Shown here piece after piece: positions 1-12,833 of a DNA stretch of 64,000 bases. The stretch is from the human T2T-CHM13v2.0 reference genome, Homo sapiens: assembly GCF_009914755.1 (NCBI RefSeq), contig NC_060942.1, one strand, 5' to 3'. The number at the start of each line of letters is the position of its first letter. Position 1 is the stretch's first letter. A model generated the notes under the pieces. The model ran no database searches. It was not told the origin of the DNA and saw nothing but the letters and a program-made list of their open reading frames with translations. Position numbers and translations under genes: made by a program.

Positions 1-2179
1 AACTGTAGTTGTGGTAGCTGATAAATGGTCAGAAATACAGAAATTCTACTTCTGTTTCTGATTCTTATTTTGCCAGAGGCAAGCAAACATCTGTTGATAC
101 CTGTCAACACTGATATCAGTCATTTTGTTAATTTTTCCTTGTTTTCATATTCCCCAAAGTCATCACTGATCATATGATGTCCATTATAATTTGGTTCTCA
201 TGCCCTCTATGATGATCTTTTGTTTCATTTGTTCTCCTTTATTAGGGTCATTAGAATGTTGACATTGAGTTAGCATGTCACCAGGCATCTGGCCTGCTAG
301 TTCTTATCTGTCACAGTGTCACAATATAAACTTTTAACAATGCCCGAATAATGACCTCTACATAGTAGAAATAAACAAATTAGGCCACACAGTAAAAATA
401 AATTTTAAAGAACATTGAGAGAGAGAAAGAGAGAGCAGGAGAGAATTAGTCAGTTGTCCAAGGTGTATAGCAAGAAAATGAGTATAACTAAAAACTGCAA
501 CTCAAGTTTATTAAATGTTTACATCTATGATACTTGTTATCTATTCAAAATGTGCAGTTTCCAAAGTGTATGTTTTCTTCTACTTCTTCACAGCTATGGG
601 GGAAAAATTCATTTGTTTCAAATTTTTTACTTCTATAGAATGTTTAAGCATGTCTTCTGTTAAAGAATGTAAACTAATTTTGTTCAAAATTTGCTTTAGT
701 AAAATTATGATTATCATGTATTTGAATACAGATCAAACAAAATTAAAACTTAAAGTTTTCTGTTGAGTTTTCATATAGTCCATTACAATTTATAAAATGA
801 TTTAAAGCAAAAAATTAGCAAATCTATAAATGATACCTAAAGTCATGAGATGTCTGTAACTCTAAAACGTCATGAGACTTGTATTTTAACCTATTTCTAG
901 ATTTCAAAAAAAAAGTAACTTTTAAATTTGAATTGGGGATTTCTTCTTTCAGCCAATATAGAATAAAAGGAATCAGATTTAAATTGTATAAAATTATATC
1001 AAAAATGATTTTTTCATACATTAGACATCAGGCAAGACAGAACAGCGATCCTGATAGAGGGTGAACAAACAAGTTGAGCCTTACAATTTCTCAAGCTTTG
1101 TGCCCGGATAGAGTTATGAAGCTGACATGCAGGAGGAGGGAGAATGCCAACCCTGATGGCACCTCTCTGAGTTGCGGGAAAGGACTAGGGAGTCTGGAGA
1201 GTTCAGGAAGTTCTATTCCACAGAGCAGAGTGTAAAGAGAGGAGAGAAGCATGGAGCCAAACCTCTTGAAAAGGGCACAGAGTAGGCCGCCAGTTTTCAG
1301 CTTACAACTGATTAATGAAGGCATAACACAAAACATTGAAGCCAGAAAAGAAATAACAGAAAGAAGGACAGAGAGCAATACCAAGGATCAACAGGGCCAG
1401 GGAAAGTTCATGTTCCCACCAGTCAAAGTGGAAAAACTTATTCGCAGGGCATCACAAAGACTTCTTAAAAAGATATTGTCTCACCAGGGAGTCAAAATAG
1501 CCCTAGACTAAAAGTTGCTCAGTTTCCACAGAGCCTAAAAACAATACTTAAAAGAGTCGAACCATACTCAATCAAGTTAGCTTTATATCAGAACGAATTC
1601 AAGAACGTTTATAGGAATACACAATATCCACTAACGAAAAAGGGCAAAATCCACAGCATTTGGTTGCTAATCCAAAATTACCTGACATACAAAAAAGGCA
1701 AAATATGACACTTATATCATAAGCAGAAAAATCAATAACTTAGAAGAAAGTACACAAATAAGAGAAATAGTGAAGAAGATCATGAAAACAGTTATTATAA
1801 TTTTAAATTATATATTCAAGAAGGTAGAAATAAGATGAAGCATGTTAGGTGATGATGTAAAATATATTTCAAAAGACCAAAATCCAACTTCTAAAGTAGA
1901 AAAATACAATGTCTATGATAAAAAAATACACTAGATAGGATTGAAAGCAGACACTGCCAAAAGTAATTAAGAAAAATTCTGAACTTGATGACAAAGAACC
2001 TACCCAAAATAAAACACAAAGGAATAAACAGAAATAAAATTATATAAAATATTAGTAATCTCTGGGAAAGCCTCACAGGACCCCCTTTATATATCACTGG
2101 AGTTTCTGGAAAGTGGGTTACAAAAACATTTGAAGAAATAAACGATAGAAGTTTTCTATGTTTAATGGAAATTACAAAC

Positions 2180-2670
2180 TTTTGGGAAAAACAGTCGGAT
2201 GCATCTTGCTTGACTCTTGCATGCCTGTTTGAGTGTGTCTTGGGCTGGAACAACATGTTCTTATGTGAACATAGGAACTCTCATAGACAGCTGGACTTAC
2301 TGCATTTTTTGTGAATCTCTTTTCATAGTCTGGGCTTGATGTTACTTTATTCTGCTTAAAATGTGTGTGTCATGTGTTAACTGGCCAACCCCACTGCTAT
2401 ATCTGTTCCTGGTGGGGAGAAAACAGGGCCCTTCACCTGTAGCTCTAGAGGAGTGTGTGTGGAACTTGTCCTGTGTTGGCTGCAGGGCAAGACCTGCTGG
2501 CTATTGACGAATAACAGTCACTCTTGACACTGATCTTGCTATGTCTCTTCTCTGCATGAGTAAATCATTGATTCATCAGGTACTTGTAAGAGTCATGTCT
2601 CTTGGTGATCTTAATGCCTGCAAATAATGCAGTGACTGGACACCCTGAGACTATTGCTCCTTATAGCCAA
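2180..2670. mobile_element. Probable old LTR (ERVL-like) inserted in the L1
   Basis: About 500 bp with a compositional shift inside A-rich L1 sequence. Family not recognised. Confidence 0.35.
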
Positions 2671-2949
2671 CAGATGTCACCTGCTCAAGAAAACCCTACA
2701 GATACAAGATGTCCAATAATCCTTACTCAAATAAAAACAATGAAAGAAAGGCACATAATCACATTGCTTAAGATGACTGATAAAAAGAATATCTTCAAAA
2801 CAGCTGATGGAGGTCGGGGGAGGGGTGGATATTTTTAGTAAAACCAAAACAAGAGTGACAGCAGACTTTTTGATGTATGTATCCTGAAAGAGCATATCTT
2901 TTAAACTAAAAATCTATATCAAGCAAAATTGTTTTCTAAAAACAAGGTA

Positions 2950-3267
<318 letters not shown>

Positions 3268-3915
3268 CATAGGTAAAATAAACTTTCAACAAATATAAAA
3301 ATGTGAAAAAGTAGAATCAGTGACATGCCCTACAAAAAATGTTAAATAGTTTCTTAAGGACAAAGAAAAGATACCAGAGGTAGTGTGTAGTTCCTACAAT
3401 ACGCAGAGGTAAGACACATTTTTACAAATAGAGCAAAATACTAGAAGAGAGAAAATGAAAACATACTATTGTAAGATTTTTACAAAATATGTGAAAATGT
3501 ATTACCTGAAGATAAATCATGATAAATTACAGATGCATATTATAAATCCCAAAGCAAACACAGGCACACAAAAGTAAAGAGTAATAGATAATTAACCAAA
3601 ACAAAGAAGATAAGATAGAATCATAAAAAATTAAATTATTCAAAAAGGACCAATAACATATAAATAAATAGAAAACAGAAAGGTGACAGATTAAAAACCT
3701 TATTAATATTCATATTAAATAGAAATATCAAGAATTGAAAACTCGAGATTATGAGAGCAGATTAAAAAAACAAGAACCAGCAATATGGTAGCTTAACCAA
3801 CAACAATCATAGCAACAAAAAACTTTAAATTAATGAAAAAAAGCTTATAAAATAATAAAGTTAATACAGCTAGTAACACAAATCAAACGAAAGCTGAAGA
3901 AATTCTATTAGTATT

Positions 3916-4564
3916 TGTGGTTGACAACCCTTAGGGAAACCCCAGTAATCCCCACCACCTGGTGTTTATACCTTGTTTAATTTCCTTCCCTTAAATGTGA
4001 GCAAGAATTCTGACTTGCTTCAGAAAAGAGAGAATGCCAAAGAAAAAGAAAATTTTCAGATACAATTAATCATCAACATGCAATGAGTTGATTTTGAGAT
4101 AACCAAAAACATGATCTCCCTGAGTGAGTCTGACTCAGTAGGAGTAGGCCTCATTTGAGGAGACAGACTCTACTTGAGAGCTAGATGACATAAATGACCA
4201 TGTTGGAGAATCTCAGATGAAATATAAGCAGTCTCTAGAAACTGTGGCTAACCCCTGGGACCCAGGAACAGACTCCAGCTGACAATGAGCAAAATGCCAG
4301 AGCCTAAAAACAAATTGATACAAGGAAATGAGTTCTGCCAGCAACCTGAATGTACTTGAGAGTGTATTCTTCCCCAGTCAAGCTTCCAGATGATAACTCA
4401 TCCTTGCCAACACTTTAATTGCAGCCTTGTGAGACCCTGACCAGAGGATGCAGCTAAGTATTGCCCACACTTCTGTTACAAGGCAATTGTGAGACAATAA
4501 ATGGATGCTGTCTTACATCACTAAATCTGTGATAATTTTTATCCAGCATTAGAAAATTAATTCA
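3916..4564 (+). mobile_element. MaLR solo LTR (MLT1D/E-like)
   Basis: TG...CA ends. MLT1 motifs ttctgccagcaacctgaatg, gcagccttgtgagaccctga, gagacaataaatggatgctg and agcattagaaaattaattca. Confidence 0.8.
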
Positions 4565-6311
4565 ACTTCAGCCTAAATATATTTTAGAGCAAAGATATTA
4601 TCAGGAATAAAAAAGCTTATTTTACACTAAGAAAGGGGCAAGAACACATAAAAATTGTAACAATCTAACATTTCATAATAGAGTTTCAAAATACACCAGA
4701 GAAAAACTGATAGAACTGCAAATAGAAATTGAAAATTGCACAAAATTATAGTTGGAGATTTTATCCAAGACAAATTAAAACACATATTCACACAAAGACT
4801 TGCACATAAATGTTCATAACAACTTTTTACTTGTGACAATCCAAAGCTGGCAACAACTCCAACGTTCATAAATATGTGCATGAATGAACAGATACGGTTT
4901 ATTCCCATGATGGAAATCTGTTCAATAATAAAAAGAAATAAACTTTCAATACACCCACCAAGATAGAGAAATCTCAAAAAAAATTATTGTGAGTGAAAAA
5001 AAGGAAGAGAAAATGTACCTAAAATAAAATTTTATTAATCTAAATTATAAAAAATGCAAACTAATTTGTAGTTACAGAAAGTAGATCAGTAGTTGTTTGG
5101 CCTGAAGTAGAGTTATGAGGAGGGATGGAAGGGAGAGATCAGAAAGAGTTACAAGGAATTTTTTGGGAGGGTGATGAATATGTTCATTATCATGATTTTG
5201 TTGATAGATATACATCATTTCTCAAAATTTGTCACATGTAAAAATGTGTCAAAATTTTCCACATCATTTACTTTAAATATGTGCTGTTTACTGTACATAA
5301 ATTATACTCACATTAAGCCAAAAAAATTAAATTAGGATGAGTTTTATTGTAAAATCATCAACACATTACAAGTACACTTTGTACATTAGAGTGTACTTGT
5401 AAATAATTGATTTGTATTTTTTCCCTTGTTACTTTAACACACTTATAATTTGTCCACTATTTGTAGTTTGCAGGGGAAAAATTCAAAATGACGGAAATAG
5501 AACCTAAAGAAAAAAAAAATCTCCAAGCAGAGACAGGAACCACTTGAGAGAGATATTAAATACAGTTTCTTCTACAATATTCATTGAATGACAATTAGCT
5601 ATCAGGCACATTAGATTAAAGAGTATAGTAACCTTGTGATAATAGCGTTCAGTGAGCTTAAATCTGGAAAATAGATGTAATAGCCACTTTTCAATCTACC
5701 TTTTTTCTTCCTGCACTACTGTTACTTCACATAATATTGGGATAAATGAACAATGATTTTGTTGTTGATCTTTCTTGATGTTAATATTTTCATAATGTAA
5801 TGTCTTTTTCTTTTAGAAATTTTAAATATAAATTGAGAGTTCTCAATTTTAAATTTGCACATATTTGTTCTGATATGTAAATGAACATAGCAGTTGTCTT
5901 TGTCTTAATAACAATTGTATATTCTTATGTATTCATCTTGTCACTGTATTATCCTTTTTTCTGAATTCACGTTGAGATAAAATATTTTAAAATTGCTATT
6001 ATTTGGAGGGGAAACGACAGAAAAAAAAGTATTTTTCTTTGCAAGTGATGACAAATTTTAAAAATACCTAATAATGTTTAGCATTAGCACCATTTAAAAA
6101 ATAAATGTCATACTCTCAACAGTAAAAGAATGTAAGCAGAATCAACACATTGGTCAGTATGATAAACTTTTGTGCTTAAATGCAGAAGTCTTTGCCCCTT
6201 ATGATGCGCATTATGTATAAATTATCTATATAAAATTTTTAAATTGAAAGGCTTTTGTTATTTCACTCCTGTGACATCTGAATACTTAGTAGACACTATG
6301 TTTTAGCCAGT

Positions 6312-6856
6312 TATCCTCTGTCCAGAAGAAAGATTAAAATACATACCTTAAATTATTTGTTGCTAAATAGATAGGAGTATATGGTATCCATATTTATGGG
6401 CATACACTGAAATATTGACAAAGTCTTCTCCCTAAGTAATCATGACTCATGCTCCTGCAGCTCCTGTTTTTTTGTACTCGGCATACATTCAGTTGTGAAA
6501 ACAAGGCGTCCCTCCTCTAGCAGCTGTTCTATGAATCTGAGCTCACTCAAGAACCACAGAGCTAGTTCCCTTGGTTTCATATGAAACTTCCCAGTTTTAG
6601 AGTCAATTCACCATAGACAGGTTTCCCAGTAAATACTTTAAAACTTACAGCCAGTGGAAATAAGACCCTGTGATTTTAATGAAATAAAAATCATTGCATA
6701 AACATTGATATGTAAGAGTCTTGATTTTAGTACCTAAGGATCAGTTTGGGGATTTTTTTTTCAGAAAGGATACCAAGATCTGTAAACTTCTAGTGATGTC
6801 TCGTTTATATGACCACCTTTTTTGTGGGCACAAACTCATCTTAAAGAACTGTCTTC
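6312..6856 (+). repeat. Left arm of ~545-bp inverted duplication
   Basis: Reverse complement of 7871-8418, compared by eye. Differences: 3 substitutions, a 1-nt indel and a T9/A11 homopolymer, all in the inner ~105 bp. Confidence 0.97.
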
Positions 6857-7559
6857 CAGTTGATCACTTCTGTATTGATCACATAAAGAACTGTAGGCTC
6901 TTCTCAGTTACATCTCATGAAGCTGGATTCTTTTTCTCATTCTAGGTTGATGTGTTTTATAACCCACTCCTCCATCCTGTATATTTCTTCTAAAATAAGT
7001 ATATGAAATTTTTTCTATGATGCCTGTATGAATATTTGAGCAGTTAATTCCACTATTAAATTTAATTGTTTTGAGTATAAATTTCAGCAAATGAAAACCC
7101 AAGAGAAGTAGAGAAATATGTTCATAGTGTAATATAGCTAGATGTATTGCAGTATGTAGTTTCCCAAACATATTTCATAGCATATACAACATATATATTT
7201 CTGTATAACATATTCCTTTCTGCATATTAATTGTGCCTGTGGTTTGAAATATGTTAACTATGATCATGGAATCAAAACAAGTACATATATACATACATGT
7301 AAGTGAATGAGTCTGTTACTGTATAACTTGTTAAAATAATAAGCTAAAATAAATTTCTATGTCTATGTAAGATTTCTAGTGATGTAGATTAGTATGCATG
7401 TAGTTGGACATTCAAGAAAAAGTGCAATCAAACTATAATCGTAAAAGTTTCATTGAGGATATCTGTAATCTAGAATTGAATTTATCTTTCTTAACATTTT
7501 TCTGTTTACTCTGATTTCCACTAAAATTCCCTGAAAAAATATTTTGGGTTCCCCTCTTC

Positions 7560-7868
7560 CTGGTCTCTGTATACATTCTGCAATAAGGCTGTTGCCTTCC
7601 CACTCACACCTCCATCAAAATTTCTCTTAGCAAGAGCACAATGCCCTCCTCCTGGTGTCAAAATCCCGTGGCCAATTCTCGTCCCTAGCTATGGCATTTG
7701 AGTCAGCCACTCCCATTTCCATGATATACTTTCTTCTCTATCCTTGCAAGACAGTTTTGTCTCACTTGCTTGATCTGCCTCTTCTCCTAGACTTGTTCAT
7801 GTAGATGCTTGGTCCCTGACGTTAGTTCCTGTTGCTCCTGATGATCTTGTTCATAATTATGACATTTA
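7560..7868 (+). mobile_element. L2 fragment (continues at ~11540)
   Basis: L2-like motifs (caaaatcccgtggccaattctc, ggcatttgagtcagccactccc, gatgatcttgttc). Boundaries approximate. Confidence 0.6.
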
Positions 7869-7870
7869 TA

Positions 7871-8418
7871 GAAGACAGTTCTTTAAGATGAGTTTGTGCC
7901 CACAAAAAGAGGTGGTCACATAGACGAGACATCACTAGACGTTTACAGATCTTGGTATCCTTTCTGAAAAAAAAAAATCCCCAAACTGATCCTTAGGTAC
8001 TAAAATCAAGACTCTTACATATCAATGTTTATGCAATGATTTTTATTTCATTAAAATCACAGGGTCTTATTTCCACTGGCTGTAAGTTTTAAAGTATTTA
8101 CTGGGAAACCTGTCTATGGTGAATTGACTCTAAAACTGGGAAGTTTCATATGAAACCAAGGGAACTAGCTCTGTGGTTCTTGAGTGAGCTCAGATTCATA
8201 GAACAGCTGCTAGAGGAGGGACGCCTTGTTTTCACAACTGAATGTATGCCGAGTACAAAAAAACAGGAGCTGCAGGAGCATGAGTCATGATTACTTAGGG
8301 AGAAGACTTTGTCAATATTTCAGTGTATGCCCATAAATATGGATACCATATACTCCTATCTATTTAGCAACAAATAATTTAAGGTATGTATTTTAATCTT
8401 TCTTCTGGACAGAGGATA
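7871..8418 (-). repeat. Right arm of ~545-bp inverted duplication
   Basis: gaagacagttctttaag...tcttctggacagaggata is the reverse complement of 6312-6856. Confidence 0.97.
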
Positions 8419-11400
8419 TATATTTTTTTTAATTTTTATGGGTATAGTAGGTGTAGATGAGATATTTATGGGGTAGATGAGATATTTTGATACAGGCGTA
8501 CAATGCATAATAATCACATCAGGGTAAATGGGGTGTCCATCACCTTAAGCATTTATCCTTTGTGTTACAAACAATCCAATTGCACTACTTTAGTTATTTT
8601 TAAATAACTAGTAAATTATTTAAAATAAGTAAGTATAATTATAGTAAATTATGGCTAATTATTATTTGGCCATATTACTTGGCCAAATTTAATGGCCAAT
8701 TAAAATTATGGCCAAATATTATAGCCACCACAACATGGTGGCTATTTGACTATAGTAAAATACAGTTTCTCAGTATGATGCCACCATGTTGTGCCATCAA
8801 ATGCTAAATCTTATTCATTCTTTCTAAAAACTACGCCGTACCCATTAGCCATCCACACTTCCTCCCCATGACCTCACTATCCTTTCTAGCCCCTGGTAGC
8901 CATCACTGTATTCTCTATTTCCATGAGTTCAATTGTTTTAATGTTTACCTCCCATAAGTAAGTAAGAACATGAGAAGTTTGTCCTTCTGTGCCTGGCTTA
9001 ATTCACTTAACATAATAACCTCCAGTTCCATTCATGTTGTTGAAAATGACAGGATCTCATTCTTTCTTAGGGCTGATTAGTACTCCATTGTGTATATCTA
9101 ACACATTTTCTTTCTCTATTTTTCTGTTGGTGAACACAGAGGGTTGCTTCCAAGGCTTGTCTATTGTAAATAGTGCAGCCATAAACATGGGAGTGCAGAT
9201 ATCTCTTCAATGTACTGTTATCCTTTTTTTTTAAGTACATACCTGGCAGTGGGATTGCTGTATCATATATTAGGTCAATTTTTAGCTTTTTGAGTGACAT
9301 CCAAACTGTTCTCCACAGTGGTTGTGCTAATTTACATTTCTACGAACAGTGTATGAGGATTCCCTTTTCTCCACCTCCTCGCCAGTATTTGTTATTGCTT
9401 GTCTTTTGGATAAAACACATTTTAACTGGGGTGAGATGATATCAATATTAGCTTTAATTTGCATTTCTCTGATGATAATAATATCAAGCACTTTTTCATA
9501 CCTGTTTGCTATTTTTATGTCTTGTAATGACAAATGTCTGTTTAGATCTTTTGCCAATTTTTAGCTGGATTATTAGATTATTTCCTATTGAGTTGTTTGA
9601 GCTCCTAATATATTCTGGTTATTAATCTCTTCTCAGGTGAAGAGTTTGCAAATATTTTCTTCCATTCTGTGGGTTGTCTCTTCACTTTGTTACCTGTTTC
9701 CTTTGCTGTGCAGAAGCTTTTTAACTTCACGTGATCCCATTTGTCCACTTTTGCTTTGATTGCCTGTGTTGTGTGGTATTACTCAAGAAACTTTTGCTCA
9801 CTCCAGTGTCCTGGAGAGATTCCCCAATGTTTTCTTTTAGTAATTGAATAGTTTGATGTCTTGGATTTAAGTCTTTAATCCATTTTGGTTTGAGCGTTGT
9901 ATATGGCGAGACATACGGGTCTAGTTTCATTCTTCTGCACATGGATATTCAGTCTTCCCAGCATCATTTATCAAAGAGACTGTCCTTTCCCCAGTATATG
10001 TTCTTGGCACCTTTGTCATAAATGAGTTCATTGCAGATGTATGGATTTGTTCATGGGCTCTCTATATTGTTCCATTCGTCTATGTGTCTGGTTTTATGCC
10101 AGTACCATGCTGTTTTGGTACTGTTCATGTGATTCCTCCAGTTTTGTTCTTTTTGTTCAGAATAGCTTTGGCTCTTACGAGTCTTTCTAAAATAAAAAAA
10201 AAAGGACTGACAGTAGGATTGTTTTTCTATTTCTGTGAAGAATGTCATTGGTATTTTGAGAGGTGTTTTATTGAACTGTAGATTTCTTAGAATACTATGG
10301 ACATTTTAACAATATTGATTCTTCCACTCAATGAACATGGAATATCTTTCCATATTTTTGTGTCCTCTTCAATTTCCTTCATCAGTGTTTAATTGTAGAG
10401 ATATTTTACTTCTTTGGTTAACTCCTACATATTTCATTTTCTTTGTAGCTATTGTAAATGGGATTACTTTCTTGTTTTTCATATTATTTGTTGCTGGCAT
10501 ATAGAGATGCTATTAATTTTTATATGTCAATTTTCTATCCTGCAGCTTTTTTAAATGTATTTATCAGTTCTTACACTTTTTGATGGAGTCTTTAGGTTTT
10601 TCCAAATGTAAGATTATGTCAACTGCAAACAAGGATAATTTGACACCTTCCTTTTCAATTTGGGTGCCCTTTATTTCTTTCTTTTGTCTGATTGCTCTAG
10701 CTAGGGCTTCCAGCAATATGTTGAATAACAGTGGTGACAGTGGGCATCCTTTTCATGTTACAGATCTTAGGGGAAAGGCTTTCAGTTTTTTTCCCCATTC
10801 AGTATAATGCTAGTTGTGGGTGTGTCATATATGGCTTTTATTGTATTGATGAATATTCCTTATACAGTTTTTTAGGTTTTTTTAGGGTTTTTTTTAATCA
10901 TGAAGAGATGTTGAATTTTATCAAATTCTTTTTCAGCATCAATTGAAATGATCAGATGATTTTTATCCTTCATTCTTTTGATATGTATCACATTGATTGA
11001 TATGTGTATGTTAAACTATCCTTGTATCCTTGGGATGAATCCCACTTGGTCAGGATGAATAATCTTTTTAATATGTAGTTTAATTCAATTTGCTAGCATT
11101 TTGTTGAGGATTTTTGCATCGATGTTCATAAGGAATACTGGTCTGTAGTTTTCCTTTTTTGATGTGTATTTTTCTGATTTTGGTATTAGAGTAACACTGG
11201 CCTCATAGAATGAGTTTGGGAGGATTCCCTCCTCTTCTGTTTTTGGAATTGTTTAAGCAGGATTGATATTAGTTCTTCTTTAAGTGTTTGGTAAAATTCA
11301 GCAGTGAAGCCATCAGAACCTAGGCTTTTCTTTGCTAGGGGACTTTTTATTAAGACTTCAATCTTTTTACATGTTATTGGTCTGTTCTGGTTTTGGATTT

Positions 11401-11537
11401 CTTCATAGTTCAACCTTAGCAGGTTATATGCGTCTAGGAATTTATCCATTTCTTCTAGGTTTTCCAATTTATTAGCATATAGTTGCTCATACTAGCTGCT
11501 AATGATCCTTTTAATTTCTGTGGTCTCAGCTGTAATC
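8419..11537 (-). mobile_element. 5'-truncated L1 (L1MA1-3-like): 3' UTR plus 3' part of ORF2, decayed
   Basis: T-rich tail at ~8420. L1MA-type 3' UTR (gagatattttgatacaggc...tgtgttacaaacaatccaatt). ORF2-like peptides such as [15 protein letters not shown]...[12 protein letters not shown] and MKLDPYVSPYT, with stops and frameshifts. Confidence 0.93.
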
Positions 11538-11539
11538 AG

Positions 11540-12833
11540 GATAATTACTTTAAATAACATTTAAATCCTGACAACACCAAAAGTTTCATCTCTACCCCAG
11601 ATTCACATGCATTCAGAAACACTTATTTGACTTCTCCTCTTAAATGTTTAGAATACTTTCAAAATTGAACTTCTGATATTTCCCCTATAAACCTGTTCTA
11701 TCTGCAGTCTACTTACTCGTCTCAGTCAATGGCATTTTCAATCTTCTGGTAGTTCAGACCAAAAAACTTGGACTCATTTTTGATTCTTCTTTGGTTCTCA
11801 GACTATGCTGGCTCACCAAAAATCCTGTTGTTTTGAACTCCCTGTCACCTGGTCTGGAGCGTAGTGTGATTATCATGACTCACTGCAACTTTCACTTCCC
11901 TAGCTCAAGCAATCCTCCCACCTCAGCTTCTTGAGTAGCTGGGACTACAGGCACACACCACCACACCTGGCTAATTTTTGTATACTTTTTATAGAGACAG
12001 GGTCTGTCTCACCATGTTGCCCAGGCTGGTCTCAAACTCCTTAGCTCAAGCAATCTGCCCGCCTTGGCCTCCCAAAGTGCTGAGATTACAGCCAGGAGCC
12101 ATCATGCCCAGCTGAGCCACTGTTATTTCTAACCAAGTTATATGTCATCAGTTTCTAAGGTTATATCATTCCCTCTGTCTATTCTTGGCAAAGTCAAAGT
12201 TAAACTCTTAAAACAAAAGGTGAGTTATGTCACTCCTACCTTTCGAGCTCTGCAATGGCTTCCCCGTGAACTCGGAGGAAGTGCTTATGACAGCCTGCAT
12301 GCCTATCCTAATGACATACATCCCCACCTCCTCAATTATCTCTCTGATTTGTCATCTACTCTTATTCCCCTCACTTTCTCCATTTCACTGGCCACAGGCC
12401 TCCTCGATATGTTTAGAACAGACCAGACAACATTCTGCTAACATGTGTTTTTGCATTGGCTTTTACTTCTCCCCAGAATGCCTTCCCTCCCCTTGGCTAT
12501 CTAGGGTACCTCAACGGTTAACTTTTAACTTTTTTTTTAGTTCCTTACTCAAAAGTCACTTTAACAGTGAGGCCTACCTACCTTGAACACACTATTAAAA
12601 TTTAGCCCATGAATAGCACTTCTGATCTTTTGCTCACTCTATTTTATGTATTTAATTAGCACTTGTCACCTTCTTTTATACTATATAATTTTCTCATTTA
12701 GTAGGTTTATTATTGATTTCTGTCCCTCTCCATTACAATGTAGAAAAGAAAGAGTTGTCTGCTTTCTTCACTGATGTCACCTAACCCCCATAAGCACAAA
12801 CTAGGCACTTAATTAAATATTTGTTGTATTGAA
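11540..12833 (+). mobile_element. L2 3' portion with an inserted Alu
   Basis: L2 motifs (aaaattgaacttctgat, cagaccaaaaaacttggactcat, ctgcaatggcttccc) and tail taggcacttaattaaatatttgttg. Confidence 0.75.
11838..12112 (-). mobile_element. Alu (AluJ-like), tail missing
   Basis: gctcaagcaatcctcccacctcagc...cctcccaaagtgctgagattaca. Confidence 0.92.

Noticed and set aside
9034-11467. L1 ORF2-like peptides (also 40518-43514 and 57932)
   Set aside because: Frameshifted retrotransposon remnants, not functional CDS.
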